DNA from: Candidatus Moranbacteria bacterium GW2011_GWC2_40_12
Lineage (GTDB): Bacteria > Patescibacteriota > Minisyncoccia > Moranbacterales > UBA11712
Direction of reading: 5' to 3'
Assembly (NCBI GenBank): GCA_000995965.1
Contig: LBYD01000002.1
Location: 270,563 to 334,562 of the forward strand
DNA length: 64,000 bases
Shown: positions 1 to 8,845 of the stretch, piece after piece
How the letters are laid out: every line of letters begins with the position of its first letter
How positions within the stretch are numbered: the stretch's first letter is position 1
Position numbers and translations under genes: made by a program
Notes under the pieces: generated by a model
Told to the model about the DNA's origin: nothing
The model's database searches: none
Seen by the model: only the letters and a program-made list of their open reading frames with translations

Positions 1-3
1 TAT

Positions 4-74
4 CGGGCTGTCGTATACTGGCAGTACGCGTGCTTTGGGAGCACGTTGACTGGGTTCGATTCCCAGCAGCCCGA
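4..74 (+). tRNA. tRNA-Pro (anticodon UGG), cloverleaf read by eye; acceptor CGGGCTG/CAGCCCG, T-arm CTGGG-TTCGATT-CCCAG
   Basis: Manual fold: 7-bp acceptor, D-stem CGTA/TACG, anticodon stem CGTGC/GCACG with loop TTTGGGA, GGTTCGATTCC T-loop; no encoded CCA. Confidence 0.75.
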
Positions 75-115
75 AAAAAATTGAACCGGGTAGTATAGTG
101 TGGTAGTATGGTAGT

Positions 116-787
116 ATGAATAAAAGAAAAGAAAAAGCATTTTTATTAAGAAAAAAGGGATATTCCTATAATATGATCACGGATCGTTTAGGGATAAGTA
201 AAAGTACGCTAAGCTGTTGGTTCAAGGAAATTCCCTTTACTCCGAATAAATACGTAATCGGAAGAATTAAGAAGGGACCATTTAAATCAGGACAAATTAG
301 GCACAACCAGAGGGTTGCGGACATTGCAAAAATAAAAAAGCTTGCGAAAAATGAACTCGGTACAATTACAAAAAGGGATTTATGGATGCTTGGATTAGGA
401 TTATACATTGGAGAAGGATCAAAGGCTTATGAAACGGCGCAGATTATCAATTCAGATCCTGCCATTGTGAAGTTGGCGATCAAGTGGTTCAAGGATATTT
501 GCGGAATCGATAACGATCATATTACAATTGCAATGCATCTTTATCCAGATAATAATGAGAAAGAATGCAGAGATTATTGGAAAAAGATCACCGGTCTTTC
601 GAAAAAACAGTTTAGGAAAACGCAGATAGACCGAAGATTGGACAAATCCAGTAGCAAGAGGAGAAAATTACTTTATGGAACCGTTCTGTTATCCATAATC
701 AGCAATGGAGATTCTAATTTTGGAGTAAACCTTCATCGAAGGATAATGGGCTGGATTGAAAGTAGTTTAGTTCAGGCAAAAAAATAA
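116..787 (+). CDS. LAGLIDADG-like homing endonuclease-like protein with N-terminal HTH (single-motif type)
   Basis: Motif WMLGLGLYIGEGSK resembles LAGLIDADG (e.g. LAGFVDGDGS); N-terminal 'ITDRLGISKSTLSCWFKE' HTH-like; located exactly between two tRNA genes. Confidence 0.55.
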   Translation: MNKRKEKAFLLRKKGYSYNMITDRLGISKSTLSCWFKEIPFTPNKYVIGRIKKGPFKSGQIRHNQRVADIAKIKKLAKNELGTITKRDLWMLGLGLYIGEGSKAYETAQIINSDPAIVKLAIKWFKDICGIDNDHITIAMHLYPDNNEKECRDYWKKITGLSKKQFRKTQIDRRLDKSSSKRRKLLYGTVLLSIISNGDSNFGVNLHRRIMGWIESSLVQAKK

Positions 788-792
788 AATAT

Positions 793-864
793 GCGGGTAT
801 AGTATAATGGTTATTATGCGACTCTTCCAAAGTCGATATGCGGGTTCGATTCCCGCTACCCGCT
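793..864 (+). tRNA. tRNA-Gly (anticodon UCC)
   Basis: Acceptor GCGGGTA/TACCCGC, anticodon stem CGACT/AGTCG with loop CTTCCAA, T-arm GCGGG-TTCGATT-CCCGC. Confidence 0.8.
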
Positions 865-962
865 CACTTCTTCGCTCCTTGCGGAGCTTCGAAGCGCAAG
901 CACTGCAGATTTATTGAAAACAGTTATGGAATAAAGAAGGAAGAAGTGCCCTGCGTAGCTTT

Positions 963-1229
963 ATGCGAAGCATGGGCGATTATTGTATGTATTATGTTTA
1001 CGTTTTAAGAAGTATAAAATTCTTAAATCAAGTTTATACCGGCTCTACGGCAGATTTGAGAAAAAGGCTGAGGTCACACAACGAGGGATCAAACAAGCAC
1101 ACAAGTAAATTCAGACCTTGGAAAGTTGTTTGGTACGGTGCATTTTCAACAAGAGAAAAGGCTGAAAGATTTGAAAAATACTTGAAAACTGCTTCTGGGA
1201 TAGCTTTTAAGAGAAAAAGGCTTATTTGA
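963..1229 (+). CDS. GIY-YIG nuclease superfamily small protein (UPF0213/YhbQ-like); true start possibly at 987 (MYYVYVL)
   Basis: 'YYVYVLRS...YTGSTADLRKRLRSHN...WKVVWYGAFSTREKAERFEKYLK' matches GIY-YIG core. Confidence 0.7.
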   Translation: MRSMGDYCMYYVYVLRSIKFLNQVYTGSTADLRKRLRSHNEGSNKHTSKFRPWKVVWYGAFSTREKAERFEKYLKTASGIAFKRKRLI

Positions 1230-1325
1230 ATCCAAATTACAACTTTTTCTGTCTTCGTTAAAATTGGCTTGTTTGAGCCTTTTTTGTTTCTGGCGAATTT
1301 ATTTGTAACTTGTTAGAATTAACGC

Positions 1326-2273
1326 ATGGAACAAGTAGGTAAAAAAGATAAATTGCTCAAAAGTGAAATAACAGCAGCGGCCGTTTTTTTTCAATTGGGA
1401 ACAGTATTTTCTTATTCGCTTATCGGAAGAGGCAACATAAATTCTAATTATATACTTCTGACTAATAGCGGAAAATACTTGCTTAGGGCATATAAGTTCA
1501 AAACAGAAAAAGAGATTATCAGTGAGCTTGGGCTATTAAATTATTTATCTCGGAAGGGTTTTCCATGTCCAATCCCGGTTGGAAATATCTATAAAACTAA
1601 AAAGAAAAACATTTGTTGCTTCAAATATATTGAAGGACGAGAGTTGAAAAAGGTAACTGACAAAAAACTGAGGGAAATAGCAAATCTAATGGCTAATTTG
1701 CATATTTTGACCCGAAATTACCACTTGAAAAATAAGCGAGAAGGTGAAGGTCTGGCGGTTATAAAGCGTTATCTGAAAAATAAAAAAGGCGTCATCTTAA
1801 AAAGTAAATTCAGAAACAGTCAAAAATTTATTGACTTTCTTGAATCTGAAATAAAAAAGCTGCATTTTGACAGTAATTTACCAAGTGGCGCAATACATGT
1901 TGATGTGAAAGCGGAAAATGTTATTTTAGGAAAAGACGGTCGGTTGAGCTTTATTGATTTCGACAATTTTTATCTGGATTCTTTTATTACGGATATCGCC
2001 AACGCTATAATGTGGCTTTGTGTAAATAAGGATCAAAAAAAGCTGGATAGGCGAAAAGCAAAGATTTTTTTGACTGAATATGGAGCTATAAGAAAATTGA
2101 CCAAAAAAGAAATAGCGAATTTACATGAGAATTATAAATTCTACTGTCTGAAAGGAGCATTCAAGTATGCCTATATTTGTCTCCCGAGACTGAAATTTGC
2201 CGAACGCTGGGCATATTATTTCGTTGAACTATACAAAAATATTTCAAAACAAGATATTAGCTGTAAATTTTGA
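1326..2273 (+). CDS. Phosphotransferase-family kinase (APH/choline-kinase-like fold)
   Basis: 'IHVDVKAENVILGKDGRLSFIDFD' = catalytic H-x-D...N and DFD (DFG-like) motif of APH/ChoK-type kinases. Confidence 0.65.
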   Translation: MEQVGKKDKLLKSEITAAAVFFQLGTVFSYSLIGRGNINSNYILLTNSGKYLLRAYKFKTEKEIISELGLLNYLSRKGFPCPIPVGNIYKTKKKNICCFKYIEGRELKKVTDKKLREIANLMANLHILTRNYHLKNKREGEGLAVIKRYLKNKKGVILKSKFRNSQKFIDFLESEIKKLHFDSNLPSGAIHVDVKAENVILGKDGRLSFIDFDNFYLDSFITDIANAIMWLCVNKDQKKLDRRKAKIFLTEYGAIRKLTKKEIANLHENYKFYCLKGAFKYAYICLPRLKFAERWAYYFVELYKNISKQDISCKF

Positions 2274-2286
2274 AGGACGAATTACT

Positions 2287-3195
2287 ATGATTGAGTCAGA
2301 AAGAAAAAAAGAAAAAGAGCCGCATTTCAAAGTGCCGATAATTGATATTTTCCGTCATGGTGAAACCGAATATAAAGAACTGGCAGATCCGAATTTTATG
2401 TTGAATCCTGATGCTCCTGGATTTGCTCTGGATGCTGAACACCTGGATTTAACCGAAGAAGGGATTAGAAATATTCAAGAAGCCGCTGAACAATTGGCTT
2501 TAATAATTGATAAAGAAAAAGAAGCAGTTATTCTCGTAACCAGTCCGCAGCTTAGAGCGTTGTCTTCGATAATGATTATCGAGAAGGTTTTTGCCGAGCA
2601 TGGGATCATTATGCTTAATTCCACTTCTGAAAAAAGGAAGGGCATATCGAAAGGCATAAAAAATTCATCATTGGGGCTTGGACAAATATCCTTTAGGGAA
2701 GATCTAAAAAATGCGGGATTTGGAAAAATATGGCTGAAAGCACATAAACAATATGGAATTGAACATCCTGAAGCCAAAAACATACCACCAGCAGAAGTCC
2801 ATGGGTTAGTTGCCACCGCTCTCGGGAAGGAACTTCCAGATATTTTTTCAAAAAGCCATGACGAAATTGCTTCCGGATTCAAACGATTCTTGAGGCATCT
2901 CATAAATATTGAAATATATCTTCAGAATGGAACGAAGCAGCAATTAGCTGGTAGGCGGTTGCGGATAGTTTTGGTTACCCATGAAGAAAGAATAATGGAA
3001 TTTGCCCAACAATCCTTGGATTTAGAAAAAACGGTGGCTAAGGGTCAGCTTCTTGAAATTAATCCAAAAGGTATAATAAAAAAAGACCAGGAAGCTGAGG
3101 CAGATGTACGGCTTTTTGGCAAAAGGGGAGAGCTGGACTTGTCATCGAGGATAAAGATGAAATTTTCACAAGACGGTCTTTCCATTGGACACTAA
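2287..3195 (+). CDS. Histidine phosphatase (phosphoglycerate-mutase family) protein
   Basis: 'IIDIFRHGETEYKE' RHG catalytic motif near N-terminus; start chosen at ATG 2287 just after kinase stop. Confidence 0.65.
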   Translation: MIESERKKEKEPHFKVPIIDIFRHGETEYKELADPNFMLNPDAPGFALDAEHLDLTEEGIRNIQEAAEQLALIIDKEKEAVILVTSPQLRALSSIMIIEKVFAEHGIIMLNSTSEKRKGISKGIKNSSLGLGQISFREDLKNAGFGKIWLKAHKQYGIEHPEAKNIPPAEVHGLVATALGKELPDIFSKSHDEIASGFKRFLRHLINIEIYLQNGTKQQLAGRRLRIVLVTHEERIMEFAQQSLDLEKTVAKGQLLEINPKGIIKKDQEAEADVRLFGKRGELDLSSRIKMKFSQDGLSIGH

Positions 3196-3264
3196 ATCCT
3201 TGTTGAACGTTTTTTTCCCATAAATTCAGTTCTAATCGCGTGAAGTAGACAGCTAAAATTTTAC

Positions 3265-3293
3265 TTGAAATTAGTTTACTAATGTGCTATAAT
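3265..3293 (+). promoter_or_regulatory. sigma70-like promoter TTGAAA-17nt-TATAAT
   Basis: TTGAAA at 3265-3270, 17-nt spacer, TATAAT at 3288-3293, directly upstream of ORF 3301. Confidence 0.5.
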
Positions 3294-3300
3294 ATTAACA

Positions 3301-3969
3301 ATGGAACGGGTGAAGTCCCGTTCTTTTGCATTTTTAAATGAAATTAGAATAAAAACAGGCCTCAACAGCGTGAAAAAGGGGACAAATAAAAAGAAAAAAA
3401 TGACAAGCAAAAAAATATTGATAAAAAGGGTATCGACGCCTGAAGATTTTTTCTTTGGCTTTTTGGTGGCGGTTTCATTGGTATTCGTCCTTTTGTGTTT
3501 TCGGAGTGTCGCAGCTATTCCGGTTTCGTTGCCGCAGCTTACGCAGTCAAAGGGACCAAATGAAATGGAAAAAAATATTCGAAAAATGGCCAAAGGATAT
3601 CCGATTGAAGAAATGGCTCCTTTTATTGCCGGGAAAAACAAAAAAGTCGCGGCGTTTCTCGTGGCGATAGCCAAAAAAGAAAGCAACTGGGGAGTCCACT
3701 CTCCGAAAAAACAGGGAAAAAACTGTTTCAATTACTGGGGATATCGGGGTCCGGAAAATCCAACCGCGTCGGGATACAGCTGTTTTTCTTCACCGCGCCA
3801 GGCGGTCAATGTCGTCGGGAAAAGAATCAATAGTCTTGTTTCCCAAAAAGTGGACACTCCGCGCGAAATGGTCATGTGGAAATGCGGAGACGCGTGCACG
3901 CGAAGCGGCGCTCGGGGAGAGGCCAAGTGGGTGCGGGATGTTGGATTTTATTACGATAAAGTGCTATAA
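3301..3969 (+). CDS. Membrane-anchored peptidoglycan hydrolase, glucosaminidase (FlgJ-C-like) domain; start may be internal (MTSKK at 3400)
   Basis: N-terminal TM helix 'FFFGFLVAVSLVFVLLCF'; 'AIAKKESNWGVHS...NYWGYRG' resembles glucosaminidase domain motif (ESGWG...NLFGI). Confidence 0.45.
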   Translation: MERVKSRSFAFLNEIRIKTGLNSVKKGTNKKKKMTSKKILIKRVSTPEDFFFGFLVAVSLVFVLLCFRSVAAIPVSLPQLTQSKGPNEMEKNIRKMAKGYPIEEMAPFIAGKNKKVAAFLVAIAKKESNWGVHSPKKQGKNCFNYWGYRGPENPTASGYSCFSSPRQAVNVVGKRINSLVSQKVDTPREMVMWKCGDACTRSGARGEAKWVRDVGFYYDKVL

Positions 3970-3992
3970 TCATAACGTAAAACTTCCAAAAT

Positions 3993-4706
3993 ATGGGCGT
4001 AAAAAATATTTTTTCTCACAAAAAGAAACTTTCGCAAAAAAAGTTTGGAAAAAGATACTTCAAAGACGCAAGAATGGGGGAAGTATTTGGAAATCAGCAA
4101 ATTAGCAAAGCTCTGGACAAAACCAAAGAAAAAAATGAATTTTATGATATGCTGAAAAGCAAGAAAGCAGGCGGGGTGACGAAGCAGGAAATGAAGGAAG
4201 GTCTCGGAGAATGGATGGCCGGCAAAGGACGGACAATAAGCAGAAAAGAAGCCTATGCCGTCGCGAAAGAATTTTTCGGCGGCGAAAAAGTGAAGTATAT
4301 AATGCCGAAGAAAAAGGCGAGCTCGTCAGGTTATGCCGGCAATTCCGGCGCTTTTAGCGGGGCGGGAGGAGCCAGCCAAAATTTTCAAAAAAGCACAGGA
4401 TTATTTGGGAATGCTCCGATAAGCCTTCACAAATCAATTCCCGACAGCCAAAAAAACATTGCATATGGTGATACAAAAATACATAAAAAGGCTTCTTCCC
4501 GCGCCCAAACCCCTTCGCAAAACCAGGGAGGGGATCGCAATGCGTCCAGCAGGGATGCTCAGTCAACAGCGAAAGCAAGGTCAATTGCCCCGGGATTAGC
4601 GGCGATTGTTGGTTTGTCGGGAACCATGAAAAGCAAAGACAGCAAGGCAATCAAGGGCGATTTTTTCCGGGCGATAAACGCGACAAGAAGAAACATTCGC
4701 AGCTGA
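3993..4706 (+). CDS. Hypothetical low-complexity (Lys/Ser/Gly/Ala-rich) protein
   Basis: Long ORF, no recognisable motif; compositional bias. Confidence 0.35.
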   Translation: MGVKNIFSHKKKLSQKKFGKRYFKDARMGEVFGNQQISKALDKTKEKNEFYDMLKSKKAGGVTKQEMKEGLGEWMAGKGRTISRKEAYAVAKEFFGGEKVKYIMPKKKASSSGYAGNSGAFSGAGGASQNFQKSTGLFGNAPISLHKSIPDSQKNIAYGDTKIHKKASSRAQTPSQNQGGDRNASSRDAQSTAKARSIAPGLAAIVGLSGTMKSKDSKAIKGDFFRAINATRRNIRS

Positions 4707-4739
4707 TTATTTCATCAAAAAAAATTCAAATAAAAAAAT

Positions 4740-5663
4740 ATGGCTATAGGCAGTATGATTTTGATTGTCTTAGGATTGTGCTTGTTCGAAATAATAAGCA
4801 GTATAGATAATGCCGTCATCAACGCCGAAGTTTTGTCAACCATGTCACCCAAAGCCCGAAGGTGGTTTCTTTTCTGGGGTCTTTTGTTCGCGGTGGTTAT
4901 TGTTCGCGGGCTTTTGCCGTGGGCCATTGTCTGGGCGACAAATTCTTCGCTCGGTCCGATTGGAGCGCTCACTGCGACCTTCAGTAATAATCCGCATATC
5001 AAAGAAGCTATCGAAACTTCAGCGCCGGTCCTTTTGTCCGGTGGCGGAACTTTCTTGATTTTTTTATTTTTCCACTGGCTTTTCATCGAGCCGAAAAGCT
5101 ACGGGCTCCGGGGTGAAAGATTTTTTCATTCCCAGGGCATCTGGTTTTACGCGGTTGTTTCGGTAATCTTGGCAATCTTAGTCTGGCTTACGCTCAAAAT
5201 CAACCCTATGATGGCCTTTGGAACGGTGGTGGGATCGACCGCCTTTTTCATTACGCATGGCTTCAAGCAAAATGCGGAGCAAAAAGAAAAAGAGCTGAGA
5301 TCGGGAAAAAGCAAATTGTCGGATATCAGCAAAATCCTTTATCTCGAGGTTATTGACACCACTTTTTCCATTGACGGGGTTCTGGGAGCCTTCGCTTTCA
5401 CGCTTTCGGTTCCTTTGATTTTGGTTGGAAACGGAATTGGGGCGCTGGTTCTCCGCCAATTGACGGTCGGAAACATTGACCGGATAAAAAAATATATTTT
5501 TCTCAAAAACGGCGCGATGTACTCCATTCTTTTTCTGGGGATTATCATGTTGCTGGACGCTTTTGGAATGCATATTCCCAGCTGGTTTTCGCCGGTTGTC
5601 ACCTTCGCCGTCATTGGGTATTTTTATCTGAAATCAGTGAAAGCGGCGAATCAAAAAGGATGA
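4740..5663 (+). CDS. Integral membrane protein, DUF475/TerC-like
   Basis: Repeated 'E(I/V)I(S/D)SIDNAV / TTFSIDGVLGAFAFT' motifs typical of DUF475/TerC-type membrane proteins; multiple TM helices. Confidence 0.55.
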   Translation: MAIGSMILIVLGLCLFEIISSIDNAVINAEVLSTMSPKARRWFLFWGLLFAVVIVRGLLPWAIVWATNSSLGPIGALTATFSNNPHIKEAIETSAPVLLSGGGTFLIFLFFHWLFIEPKSYGLRGERFFHSQGIWFYAVVSVILAILVWLTLKINPMMAFGTVVGSTAFFITHGFKQNAEQKEKELRSGKSKLSDISKILYLEVIDTTFSIDGVLGAFAFTLSVPLILVGNGIGALVLRQLTVGNIDRIKKYIFLKNGAMYSILFLGIIMLLDAFGMHIPSWFSPVVTFAVIGYFYLKSVKAANQKG

Positions 5664-5864
5664 AATTTGCATGCCTGATCTGAGGAAAATAGATCGTCTT
5701 CAAAAAATAACAAATTTGATATATTGAATTATAAGAATTAATCTACCCCCACACCAATCCCGAGAAATTTTCGTGCAAATTCATGAAAGAAAGCGAAGCA
5801 ACTTCGCCTTTCGTCTGTTTGTAAGCATAATTAGCGAATAGGATTGGTATGAGGGCGAGCGAAA

Positions 5865-6518
5865 ATGAGGAGGAAAACAAAAAAAACAGGAAAAAAATGT
5901 TGCTTACCGCAGAATCTCGCGGGCGCGGCGAGATCTGACCAGCTTCTTATTGCCGGATTGGTGGTTGTCATTGTCTTATCCGCGGTTGTGAGCGCAAGAG
6001 TGCTTTGTTCTGGGAAGAAGCAATGGATGGGCGATAAGAAATGGTCGCGCGGAAGCGACATTCAGAATATGCAGACGCAAATCAACGCTCTCAGAAAAGA
6101 AGTTGCCAAAAGCAAAGCGAGAACATCCAGTGATGCAGCAGTTCAGACAGCGCCAGCCGGTGAGACAACTTCCGCCGCTTTTGAAAAAGCGGTGAATAGC
6201 AAGGATTTTGCCAAAATTGAATCGCTTATGTCTGCGCGGATCTATTATGTCGTTGACGCGAGTGACTGCTGCGGTGACATCACCAAAAAAGAAGCAGTGG
6301 CGCATCTCAAAAACTATATCCGCGACGCGAAGTCTTTTGATTTTGACCAAAACCAGCAGGTTATCAGGCAAATGAAAGTCAATTTGGCCGACACTTTCGC
6401 CAAATACACAATCGGCATTGCCAATAACCGGATGGTGCTGTCGTATCACCTCGACAAACAGGGGAAGGTGGATGACCTCATGCTTTCCGCTTCGCACCTT
6501 ATGTATGATTTGGAATAG
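5865..6518 (+). CDS. Hypothetical membrane-anchored protein
   Basis: N-terminal TM 'LLIAGLVVVIVLSAVV'; no known motif. Confidence 0.4.
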   Translation: MRRKTKKTGKKCCLPQNLAGAARSDQLLIAGLVVVIVLSAVVSARVLCSGKKQWMGDKKWSRGSDIQNMQTQINALRKEVAKSKARTSSDAAVQTAPAGETTSAAFEKAVNSKDFAKIESLMSARIYYVVDASDCCGDITKKEAVAHLKNYIRDAKSFDFDQNQQVIRQMKVNLADTFAKYTIGIANNRMVLSYHLDKQGKVDDLMLSASHLMYDLE

Positions 6519-6546
6519 TCGTTGAGTTCGAAAATATATAATCCAG

Positions 6547-6570
6547 CAAAACACCCCGCGGGGTGTTTTT
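6547..6570 (+). terminator. Rho-independent terminator (aaaacaccccgcggggtgttttt)
   Basis: GC hairpin ccccgcgggg followed by T-run, just after stop of 5865-6518. Confidence 0.7.
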
Positions 6571-6593
6571 GCATGCAATAGCCCTTTCTGTAT

Positions 6594-6629
6594 CCTGGAA
6601 AAATGCCTTGTTTTGAGGCGTTTTTTGTT
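6594..6629 (+). repeat. Repeated terminator-like motif copy A (cctggaaaaatgccttgttttgaggcgttttttgtt)
   Basis: Near-identical to 7784-7822 and partially to 16937-16957; small hairpin gcct..aggc + T-run. Confidence 0.6.
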
Positions 6630-6734
6630 AAGTGCGGGCACTTGACAAAATAAATAAACCTTGCTATGAAGATACATTGTAATTTAACAATTTATACGCC
6701 AAATTAATCTTTAAATAAAGGAAGGAACACTACG

Positions 6735-7076
6735 ATGAGACTCGAGATGCGCGGTAATAATGTCCTGTTTTGTGTTCAAAGCCTGAAGAACAGCAATGAA
6801 CTGACCAGTACCATGAAATCAGGCGAGCTGGTTGTAACTGGAAATGCAACCCCTTTTGTGCTTCGAAAAATGTGGCAGGGAAAAATCGAGAACATGACGA
6901 GGGAATTTCAAACCTACATCTCCGTTATATCCTTTGAGCGGACCAGAAGTACGAGATTTACGAAGGCAGGATATGTAGGTCTCATGATCGGCAACAGCCA
7001 AGGCCAGATGTTGGTTTACATCAAGAAGGTCTTCCTTAAGGAGTTCTTCTCTGCAATCTGTATGGCGTCGGTATAA
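6735..7076 (+). CDS. Hypothetical small protein (113 aa), first of three-gene small-ORF cassette
   Basis: Strong SD AAGGAAGG 8 nt upstream of ATG; no known motif. Confidence 0.45.
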   Translation: MRLEMRGNNVLFCVQSLKNSNELTSTMKSGELVVTGNATPFVLRKMWQGKIENMTREFQTYISVISFERTRSTRFTKAGYVGLMIGNSQGQMLVYIKKVFLKEFFSAICMASV

Positions 7077-7115
7077 AATAAACCAAGAAGTTAAAGCGGG
7101 GGAGGAGGACGTCGT

Positions 7116-7331
7116 ATGAAAAAAGTTGTTCTTACGTGCAAACCCGGCTATGGCTTTGGGGCTAATATGGGTCCGAAAATTTGTGCGCGCGGGTACTTTG
7201 TTCGCCAAGATGACGAAGATGTCATTGAGGTGGAATCCATTGAAAGGGGGGACCGCCTGGAGATCCTCTTCACCCCTGAGCTCATTCAATCATTGGAAGA
7301 AAGAGGGGTGATTGTGACCGTAGACCCTTGA
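7116..7331 (+). CDS. Hypothetical small protein (71 aa)
   Basis: Strong SD GGGGGAGGAGG upstream; acidic C-terminal half; no known motif. Confidence 0.45.
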   Translation: MKKVVLTCKPGYGFGANMGPKICARGYFVRQDDEDVIEVESIERGDRLEILFTPELIQSLEERGVIVTVDP

Positions 7332-7359
7332 AGCATTTTCAGGAAAAGGAGATGATTTT

Positions 7360-7635
7360 ATGAAGTGCGACTTCTGTAATAAAGATATACCTGAAGGTGG
7401 TCCTTTTAAGGAGGGCGTCACTGTGGGAACTAACGAAGAAGCCGCGCTTTGTGATGGACCTTCTCTGGGAGAAGCTGTCCGTTCCCGTCTTATCGCAACT
7501 GGGTATGTTATACCCTTTAATCCTTCGCCTGAACAGATTACTGAGATTTCCAGTTTGGGACTCTGTGCCGTAGTGTATCAAAACCTGCAGGCGCTTCAGG
7601 GAAACATGGTCATCGTTAACAAGCGTACGCCCTAA
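7360..7635 (+). CDS. Hypothetical small protein (91 aa), N-terminal MKCDFC Cys pair (possible Zn-ribbon-like start)
   Basis: SD AAAAGGAG upstream; no confident family. Confidence 0.4.
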   Translation: MKCDFCNKDIPEGGPFKEGVTVGTNEEAALCDGPSLGEAVRSRLIATGYVIPFNPSPEQITEISSLGLCAVVYQNLQALQGNMVIVNKRTP

Positions 7636-7783
7636 AAATGGGGCAATGGCCAGGGGCCCATCAATGAATCACGATGGGCCTTCTTTTTTAACAACAAAAT
7701 TTACTGCAATAGCGACATATACTAGTCCATTTTTATAATTCCCCGAATGTTTGGTTTCTGACCCTCATATCATCTTTTTGTAG

Positions 7784-7822
7784 CCCGGAAAAATGCCTCA
7801 TTTCGAGGTGTTTTTTTGTTTG
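7784..7822 (+). repeat. Repeated terminator-like motif copy B (cccggaaaaatgcctcatttcgaggtgtttttttgtt)
   Basis: Shares ggaaaaatgcct...ttTgagg..gttttttgtt with 6594-6629; hairpin cctc/gagg + T-run. Confidence 0.6.
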
Positions 7823-7892
7823 ACTTCCTTATTCGTCCCACCTAATATTTAATTATATGGTAAAATTAAAGAACATAGATAAATGAATCCAT

Positions 7893-7948
7893 CCCAACAT
7901 TGAATGTTGGGGTGAAATGCTTGACAGAGGCCAAGATAGTGATATAGT
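7893..7948 (+). promoter_or_regulatory. Perfect palindrome cccaacattgaatgttggg followed by sigma70-like promoter TTGACA-16-TATAGT
   Basis: Inverted repeat 7893-7912; TTGACA 7921-7926, TATAGT 7943-7948; upstream of BRO-N gene at 8002. Confidence 0.45.
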
Positions 7949-8001
7949 GATAGTGTGTTATCCGGGCAGGCTATCTTTATTATTAGAAACAGAAATAAAC
8001 G

Positions 8002-8841
8002 ATGAAAAAAGAAGAGAGAATTGCCATTTTTGAAGGCAAAAAAATCCGCCGGCAGTGGGATGAAAAAGAAGAAAAATGGTATTTTTCGGTTGTTGATATT
8101 GTCCAATTGTTAATTCAGCAAGACAACTATCAAGTTGCCAGAAAATACTGGAATAAGCTCAAAGAAAGGCTTAATAAAGAGGGAAATGAGTCGGTGACAA
8201 ATTGTCACCAACTGAAATTTATGGCTAATGACGGCAAATATTACGCAACTGATGCAGCCGATACAGAGACTCTATTACGTCTTGTTCAATCGGTGCCTAG
8301 CCCCAAGGCCGAACCGATTAAGTTGTGGCTGGCGCGAGTGGGATATGAAAGGATAGAGGAAATAAACGACCCGGAAAAAGCCCTCAATCGTAGTCGCGCT
8401 TATTGGCAAAGAATGGGCCGGAGCCAGAAATGGATCCAGCAAAGAATGATGGGGCAGGGAATCAGGAACAAGCTGACGGATTATTGGAAAAATAATGAAG
8501 TCAAAGAGCGGGACGAATACGCTATTCTCACAAACATAATCCACGAGGAGTGGAGCGATTTATCAGTAAAGGAGCATAAAAATTTGAAAAAACTGGAAAG
8601 AGAAAATCTGCGCGACCATATGACAGACGCGGAATTGGTTTTTACAGCTCTTGCTGAACTCTCCACTCGCCAGATCGCCGAAACTATGGAAACCAAGGGC
8701 TTGGAAGAAAACAAAATCCCGGCCAAACGTGGCGGACAGGTTGCGAAAAACGCCAGACTTGAACTGGAACAAAAAACCGGAAAAAGAGTTGTGACAGATG
8801 AAAATTTGAAGTTACATTATATAAAAAAGATAAAATCTTGA
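8002..8841 (+). CDS. BRO-N domain protein (DinD / prophage antirepressor-like)
   Basis: 'IRRQWDEKEEKWYFSVVDIVQLL' matches Bro-N (KilA-N-like) domain; length ~279 aa as in DinD-like proteins. Confidence 0.6.
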   Translation: MKKEERIAIFEGKKIRRQWDEKEEKWYFSVVDIVQLLIQQDNYQVARKYWNKLKERLNKEGNESVTNCHQLKFMANDGKYYATDAADTETLLRLVQSVPSPKAEPIKLWLARVGYERIEEINDPEKALNRSRAYWQRMGRSQKWIQQRMMGQGIRNKLTDYWKNNEVKERDEYAILTNIIHEEWSDLSVKEHKNLKKLERENLRDHMTDAELVFTALAELSTRQIAETMETKGLEENKIPAKRGGQVAKNARLELEQKTGKRVVTDENLKLHYIKKIKS

Positions 8842-8845
8842 AAAA

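Noticed and set aside
3279-3731. 150-aa minus-strand ORF
   Set aside because: Antisense to the glucosaminidase-like gene; runs through its promoter.
5976-6677. 233-aa minus-strand ORF
   Set aside because: Overlaps the plus-strand gene 5865-6518 and its terminator; no motif; plus-strand ORF has proper start context and TM anchor.
7849-8106. 85-aa minus-strand ORF upstream of BRO-N gene
   Set aside because: Overlaps the promoter and 5' end of the BRO-N gene; poly-F low-complexity translation.
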